Shown piece by piece: positions 58,532-64,000 of a stretch of DNA of 64,000 nt (the first letter of the stretch is position 1; each line of letters begins with the position of its first letter). Below the pieces are notes generated by a model. It saw nothing but the letters and a program-made list of their open reading frames with translations, made no database searches and was not told the DNA's origin. The position numbers and the translations under genes were made by a program. The stretch comes from Cladosporium halotolerans (lineage: Eukaryota), in contig NW_027191463.1 in assembly GCF_011745625.1 (NCBI RefSeq), positions 434,001 through 498,000 of the forward strand, given 5' to 3'.

Positions 58532-61165
58532 ATGCCACCACGAGACAGAGATCCAGATGATTCTGAGGAGTCGCCAAATTCCTCAGCTGGCCATCGCTAC
58601 AAACGCGTGAAAATCGATGGCAGCGCTCAGGCTCATCTCGGTGACAATCACTACTATGGATCGAGCGGGAACGATACAGACTTGGACCCCGTCGCGAAAC
58701 AGAATGTCATTCTTGAACATCTGTACCACACAGAGATGGAGCGCAGATCGATCACCATACACAATTTGGACCAGTCCGCCTGCGAGTGGGCCTTCGATCC
58801 CTCAAAGATTCCCCTTGGACAATGGCTCGAGCAGGAGGATGGTATCTTTTGGATAACTGGCAAAGCGGGCTCAGGAAAATCTACATTCATGAAGTTCCTG
58901 GCGCAACACCCTACTACGCAGGACCTTTTGAGTACCTGGGCCGGCACAAATCGCTTGGTCGTGGCTGAGCACTACTTTTGGTACAGCACTCCCAATGACT
59001 TGCAGAGAAACTTCGAAGGCATGTTGCGAGGGTTGTTGTACTCAGTGCTCTGCGTGATACCTGACGCTATTCCGATCCTGTTGCCTGAGTGGTGGGCCCA
59101 AAAAGGGTCACGCCTGCGCTCGGCGTTTACGGAGGCGGAGCTTTTGGACGCTCTTCGAAAACTTGGTGCGCTGAAAGGTGTACGTTTCGCCTTCTTCCTG
59201 GACGGACTAGACGAATGCAGCCCTTCCAGAGACCATGGGGCTCTGGTTCGAGACCTTGAAAAGCTTGCTCGCAACTGCAATGTGAAATTCTGTGTATCGA
59301 GTCGGCCATGGCAGACTTTTGAAACACATTTCGGGACCCTTCGCAACCGCTTAGCTCTTCACGAGTATACATTTCCGGACATGGTGTCCTACATTTCTTC
59401 TAAGCTCATCGAAGCGGAGCTAGACACTGGCTTGCAGACTCCGTTCAGTGAACATCAAAGCGACGCAGACAACCTGATCATGCATATCGCGGGAAGAGCA
59501 GAAGGTGTCTTCCTCTGGACTGTTTTCATTGTCAGGTCTCTATGTCAGGAAATCACAGCCGGGCGAGGAGTCAAGGATCTGCGTCAGTATGTCAATGAGA
59601 CTCCCCTCGATCTCAAGACATTCTTTTCCACCATGATCCTTGAGCGAATAGACCACCGCAATCAGTCGGCCGTTGCCCGATTCCTGAAATGCACAACGCT
59701 GCTGGCGAAGGCCAGCCTGTCCGAATACGGATCGCAGAAAAACCGCCAACTCCACATGTCTTTTTTGAATTTCAGCATCTTGTTAAGCAGCAATGAAGCC
59801 GAGGAGGAAGACTTCGCATCAGAAGCGAAACTTCGGTCTTTATCCCTTCACGACTTGGAGTCGTCTTTGCACCAGACCCGGCGGTATATTGGAGTCATGA
59901 GCAGGGACCTCCTGCATATCCTTGCACAGGGTGCAGAGTACCCGGCCTCTGTCAAAGCCTGTAACAAAGATGAACAAAGGGATCTCAGCTATGTCTGGGA
60001 AAATCTGGCTTATAGTCAGGTCAACTTTTTCCATCGTACAGTGCTCGACTATTTATTGGGTGCGGACGTACAGTCGCTTCTAGACCAGCACGTCCCAGGT
60101 CACTTCCAGCGACCAGACTTCGTCGCTCGTTTCACTCTTGCCCGGATGAAGCTCTTCCCAAGGCTTCGGCATTGCGACGTCCTTCGGAGACGTGTCGCTC
60201 GTTCGAAAAAGTTCTCCACTGGCGATGATATGATTCGCGCTACTGCGCACTGGGCTCCTGAAGATCGTGAACGCCTGAAACAATATCTGCACAAAGCAAA
60301 TCCGGAACCATTTTGGGAGCATGTCTTCACTCGTGTGCAATACTTTGACAAAGCGATCCGGGAGATGAGCCCCCATACAGCTGCCTGGCATCGCGCGCCT
60401 GACATGCCTCACGATGTTGACTGCTACAAAGCCAGGTTACCCCATCTCATGCCGAGTCTGATTGCTGAATACGAGGCCGTAGGATTAATCTGGGCTGAAC
60501 ACGCCCACATGAGCCCGTGGAATGTATTGCATTTTTGCAACCTGCTCATCTCGTTTGGGTTTACACAATTTGTACGGCAACAGTTGGTATTGAGTGAAGA
60601 TCATTTTGGAGGGGTTGTGATGCGCGAAGCGATTTGTACTCTTTACTGTCATCCGACGGCGCCATCGAACACTTCCATCATTGCAATGTTGCTGGAGCAT
60701 AAAAGGATTCGAGACACATGGATTTCGAATTACGATGATTCTTTGGCGCAGGATGGCTGGTGGCATCTTATGCTGTACTATTGGGTAATACTGGTACAGA
60801 CCGGCAGATTGAGGACACCCAGAGGCGACTTAATCTATAGCGAGGAGATGTCGACCGCACTTGAGAAGCACATTTTCGCGATCGCGAGCACACTCTGTCA
60901 GCACGGTCACGATGTGTTCCAATACTCGACACAGTATTGGACAAAATCATTGACGGACGTTAGCGGGTTGACTGATAGCCTTGAACGGCCGTCGAACCAA
61001 ACTGAGAAGCGAAAGCAGTACGACGAGGTCTCGTCCACGGACAATTTGGATGGTCAGAAAAGCCTGGGTCGATACCTAGAGGAAATATCGTTCGCGGCCC
61101 TCCTAAATAATGCCGAGAGGAAGCGGATCTTGGAGGATTTGCTAAGGAGCCCCCACGTCGATTAA
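58532..61165 (+). CDS. NACHT-domain NLR-like protein with short N-terminal putative amyloid motif, intronless
   Basis: FWITGKAGSGKST Walker A, FFLDGLDE Walker B, CVSSRP, RAEGVFLW, FFHRTV. Confidence 0.88.
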   Translation: MPPRDRDPDDSEESPNSSAGHRYKRVKIDGSAQAHLGDNHYYGSSGNDTDLDPVAKQNVILEHLYHTEMERRSITIHNLDQSACEWAFDPSKIPLGQWLEQEDGIFWITGKAGSGKSTFMKFLAQHPTTQDLLSTWAGTNRLVVAEHYFWYSTPNDLQRNFEGMLRGLLYSVLCVIPDAIPILLPEWWAQKGSRLRSAFTEAELLDALRKLGALKGVRFAFFLDGLDECSPSRDHGALVRDLEKLARNCNVKFCVSSRPWQTFETHFGTLRNRLALHEYTFPDMVSYISSKLIEAELDTGLQTPFSEHQSDADNLIMHIAGRAEGVFLWTVFIVRSLCQEITAGRGVKDLRQYVNETPLDLKTFFSTMILERIDHRNQSAVARFLKCTTLLAKASLSEYGSQKNRQLHMSFLNFSILLSSNEAEEEDFASEAKLRSLSLHDLESSLHQTRRYIGVMSRDLLHILAQGAEYPASVKACNKDEQRDLSYVWENLAYSQVNFFHRTVLDYLLGADVQSLLDQHVPGHFQRPDFVARFTLARMKLFPRLRHCDVLRRRVARSKKFSTGDDMIRATAHWAPEDRERLKQYLHKANPEPFWEHVFTRVQYFDKAIREMSPHTAAWHRAPDMPHDVDCYKARLPHLMPSLIAEYEAVGLIWAEHAHMSPWNVLHFCNLLISFGFTQFVRQQLVLSEDHFGGVVMREAICTLYCHPTAPSNTSIIAMLLEHKRIRDTWISNYDDSLAQDGWWHLMLYYWVILVQTGRLRTPRGDLIYSEEMSTALEKHIFAIASTLCQHGHDVFQYSTQYWTKSLTDVSGLTDSLERPSNQTEKRKQYDEVSSTDNLDGQKSLGRYLEEISFAALLNNAERKRILEDLLRSPHVD

Positions 61166-62539
61166 TAACAGGAATCAACACTTTCCGCCAGCACCTGCTC
61201 GCGATACTCACGCCCTCACTGTGTCTTGCGTGTGCATGATTGTCATCCCCTCATTATCTCGATGATTCTCAACACTCTCGGAACGGAGTGCCCTTGCTCT
61301 TTTAATTCCCCTTCAACTTGAACTTCAGTAGATGTCAATCCTATCTCCAACCTGGCAATCGTCGACTCCCTCTCGATGCGCTAATACGCCCGAATGACGC
61401 TCAACTCCAGCCTAACGGGATTCATCAGCTGTCACAACACGGAATGGTATGGGGCCAGACCTATCCATGTCTTTCCAAGCACACATACCGCCAATTGCCA
61501 TAGACCGAAATCGATGCCACACCAGACTATTTTACGCACCTGATTCGCATATAACAGCTCAGAAGTCTTGCCTCGGCGCTCGATTGGACTCCGTTTTGTT
61601 TTCTTCCGTGTGGAAATTTGTCCGAGTCACAGTCCAGAATCTTACGCTCGTTGTCCCGCGATAGGCATACAGTCATTAATGTCAACCTTAGCAATGTGTG
61701 TGGTTAGGCAAATCAAGAGTAAGGCTCGTGGTGTCCCCGTTGTTGTCCGAGAGTTTGCAGGATTCATATGCCTGCTACATCTTCGGGGGTGCTTGATTTA
61801 CTAGGCTCTCCGAGCAGATTTCCGGCCAACGTGGTCTAGAAGAGAAAGGAGCGCGTTACTGTTCTCGTTTCTCTTTGGGGAGCCAAGATATTGGGTAGAA
61901 ATCACTGCTTCACAAGCGATGTTTGGACAAAGGCTGCCATAATGATGTGCCAACTTGCATGATATGTCACTCACTGGTCTGCGTTGACTCGCTCTTTTAT
62001 CAACATTGAGGAGGGGATTTTCGAAATGATATCGAAACAGCAATGTTCGCTGACGCATATGCGCCACATTCAGTTCGATACAATCGAATCTATCTTAAAT
62101 TCCGGCCCCTCCCATCCGTCCATGGGTTGAAGCCAGGACCAGGATCGAGGAGGACAGCCGTGGTATCTCCCTCTCCTCCTTCCATCTTTCCTCCCGTCTA
62201 ATCCAAAAAGAAATAACAAAACACGGAAAAGGAAACAAGTGTACCTTGTTGTTGAAACTCCGCCGACGCCATGCGATGCTTTTTTCCGCCGCCGCGCGCG
62301 TGTGCACGCTCTTCCCGCCAGGAGCGCGCGCGCGGGGCTCAATGCCGTTGAAGACAGGATAATATTCCCCACATGGTATCGTTGCAAAAGGAGTCGTTTG
62401 CGAAATACAGAGATCATGTTGAATCGTTTTCCGCCCGTCCCACGTGGAAACGGGGGAATGTCATGCGTAGCTTAGAAAAACAGGAATGCAGCGCGAAACA
62501 AAGGCGACGCCCGACAGGATGTTGTCGTGGGCGACGCGC

Positions 62540-64000
62540 TTAGTAGCGGTACATGTCGGCCTTGAAGGGACCCTCGACGGGAAGAGACAGGTACTCGGCC
62601 TGGGCCGGGGTCATCTTGGTGAGCTTGGCGTTGACGTGGTCGAGGTGGAGGAGGGCGACCTGCTCGTCGAGGATCTTGGGCAGAACGTAGACGCCGACGT
62701 CCATGCGCTTGACGTCGCTCTTGGGCTGGGACTCGTCGACCTTCTTGACGAGGCCGGTGGCGGCGTCCTCCTCGCCCTCGACGGCGCGGGCGAACTCGAT
62801 GTACTTCTTGGCGAACTCCTTGTCGCCGGCCTTGTACAGCATGATCTGGGCAAGGACCTGGTTGGTGAAGGAGCAGGACATGACGAAGGAGCTGTGGCCG
62901 GTGGCACAGCCGAGGTTGACAAGACGGCCCTCGGCGAGGAGGATGATGTGACGGCCAGACTTCATGGTGAAGCGGTCGACCTGGGGCTTAATGGAGACCT
63001 TGTCGACGGCGTTGGACTTGAGCCAGGCAACGTCGATCTCGATGTCGAAGTGACCAATGTTGCAGACAATGGCGTCCTCGCGCATAGCCTCGAAGTGCTT
63101 GCCGACGAGGATGTCACGGCAGCCAGTGGTGGTGACGAAGATCTGGCCCTGGGAGGCGGCGTCGTCCATGGTGATGACCTGGTAGCCGGCCATGGCGGCC
63201 TGGAGGGCGTTGATGGGGTCGATCTCAGTAACGATGACACGGGCACCCATGGACTTGAGGGCGTCGGCGCAGCCCTTGCCGACATCACCGAAACCGGCGA
63301 CAACGGCGATCTTGCCAGCAATCATGACATCGGTGGCACGCTTGATGCCGTCGACGAGGGACTCACGGCAGCCGTAAAGGTTGTCGAACTTGCTCTTGGT
63401 GACGGAGTCGTTGACGTTGATGGCCGGGACGAGGAGGCCGTGCTCCTTGCCGACGTTCTTGAGCATGCGGTAGAGGTGGTGCACACCGGTGGTGGTCTCC
63501 TCAGAGAGACCGTAGCAGCCCTTGAGCATCTCGGGGTACTTCTTGTGGACGAGACCAGTGAGGTCACCACCGTCGTCGAGGATCAGGTTGAGGGACTTGC
63601 CGGAGGGGAAGGACTTGAGCTGCTGCTCGAGGCACCAGTTGTACTCCTCCTCGGTCTCACCCTTCCAGGCGAAGACGGGGATGCCTGCGGCGGCGATGGC
63701 GGCGGCGGCGTGGTCCTGGGTGGAGAAGATGTTGCAGGAGGTCCAGGTGATCTCGGCACCGAGCGCCTTGAGGGTCTCGATGAGGACGGCGGTCTGGATG
63801 GCTGTGCGGGGAGAAACGTCAGCAAACGTGCGTTTCCAGGTGGAACTGCTCATCGAGCACGACAAACTCACTCATGTGAAGGCAGCCAGCAATGCGAGCG
63901 CCGGCAAGAGGCTGCTCAGCACCGAACTTCTCGCGGGTGGCCATGAGACCGGGCATCTCCTGCTCGGCGAGCTCAATCTCGCGGCGGCCGAAGGCCGCGA
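62540..64000 (-). CDS. SAH1: S-adenosyl-L-homocysteine hydrolase, 5' end outside the window; intron 63871-63802
   Basis: [16 protein letters not shown] across the intron, [48 protein letters not shown]. Confidence 0.97.

Noticed and set aside
62404..62415. TACAGAGA resembling the U6 ACAGAGA box / METTL16 site
   Set aside because: No other U6 sequence nearby, and it is antisense to the SAH1 mRNA
1..64000. Transposons, RIP-degraded repeats, tRNA/rRNA, CRISPR, secondary-metabolite backbone genes
   Set aside because: No transposase, RT, tyrosine recombinase, AT-rich RIP tract, cloverleaf, spacer array or PKS/NRPS motif seen by eye

Overview
Gene-dense, intron-containing DNA from a filamentous ascomycete (GT-AG introns with CTAAC/CTGAC branch points; probably Dothideomycetes, which is an inference). 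About 25 protein-coding genes could be reconstructed by hand. Core genes are BAT1, SCY1, urease, PTR2, HST4, MED16, WHI2, MIX23, CDC9, SAH1 and an O6-alkylguanine transferase. They alternate with accessory blocks encoding secreted glycosidases, four protease families, a GDPD, a heme-thiolate peroxidase, orphans and a NACHT/NLR. No rRNA, tRNA, CRISPR or transposase was seen. The most notable observations are: (1) a nested [D1,2]/[A2,3] spliceosomal twin intron (stwintron) in an allantoate-permease gene; (2) a 21-bp telomere-like perfect inverted repeat bracketing a two-gene intronless block, with a third copy at another core/accessory border; (3) an AUG-less, probably GUG-initiated N-terminal extension of WHI2; (4) an NLR with an N-terminal HET-s-like amyloid motif; (5) a stand-alone deuterolysin-prodomain-like gene within a urease/peptide-transporter/protease neighbourhood; (6) tandem splice donors that duplicate the PIP box of DNA ligase I; and (7) recurrent orientation-independent C-rich to G-rich skew switches.
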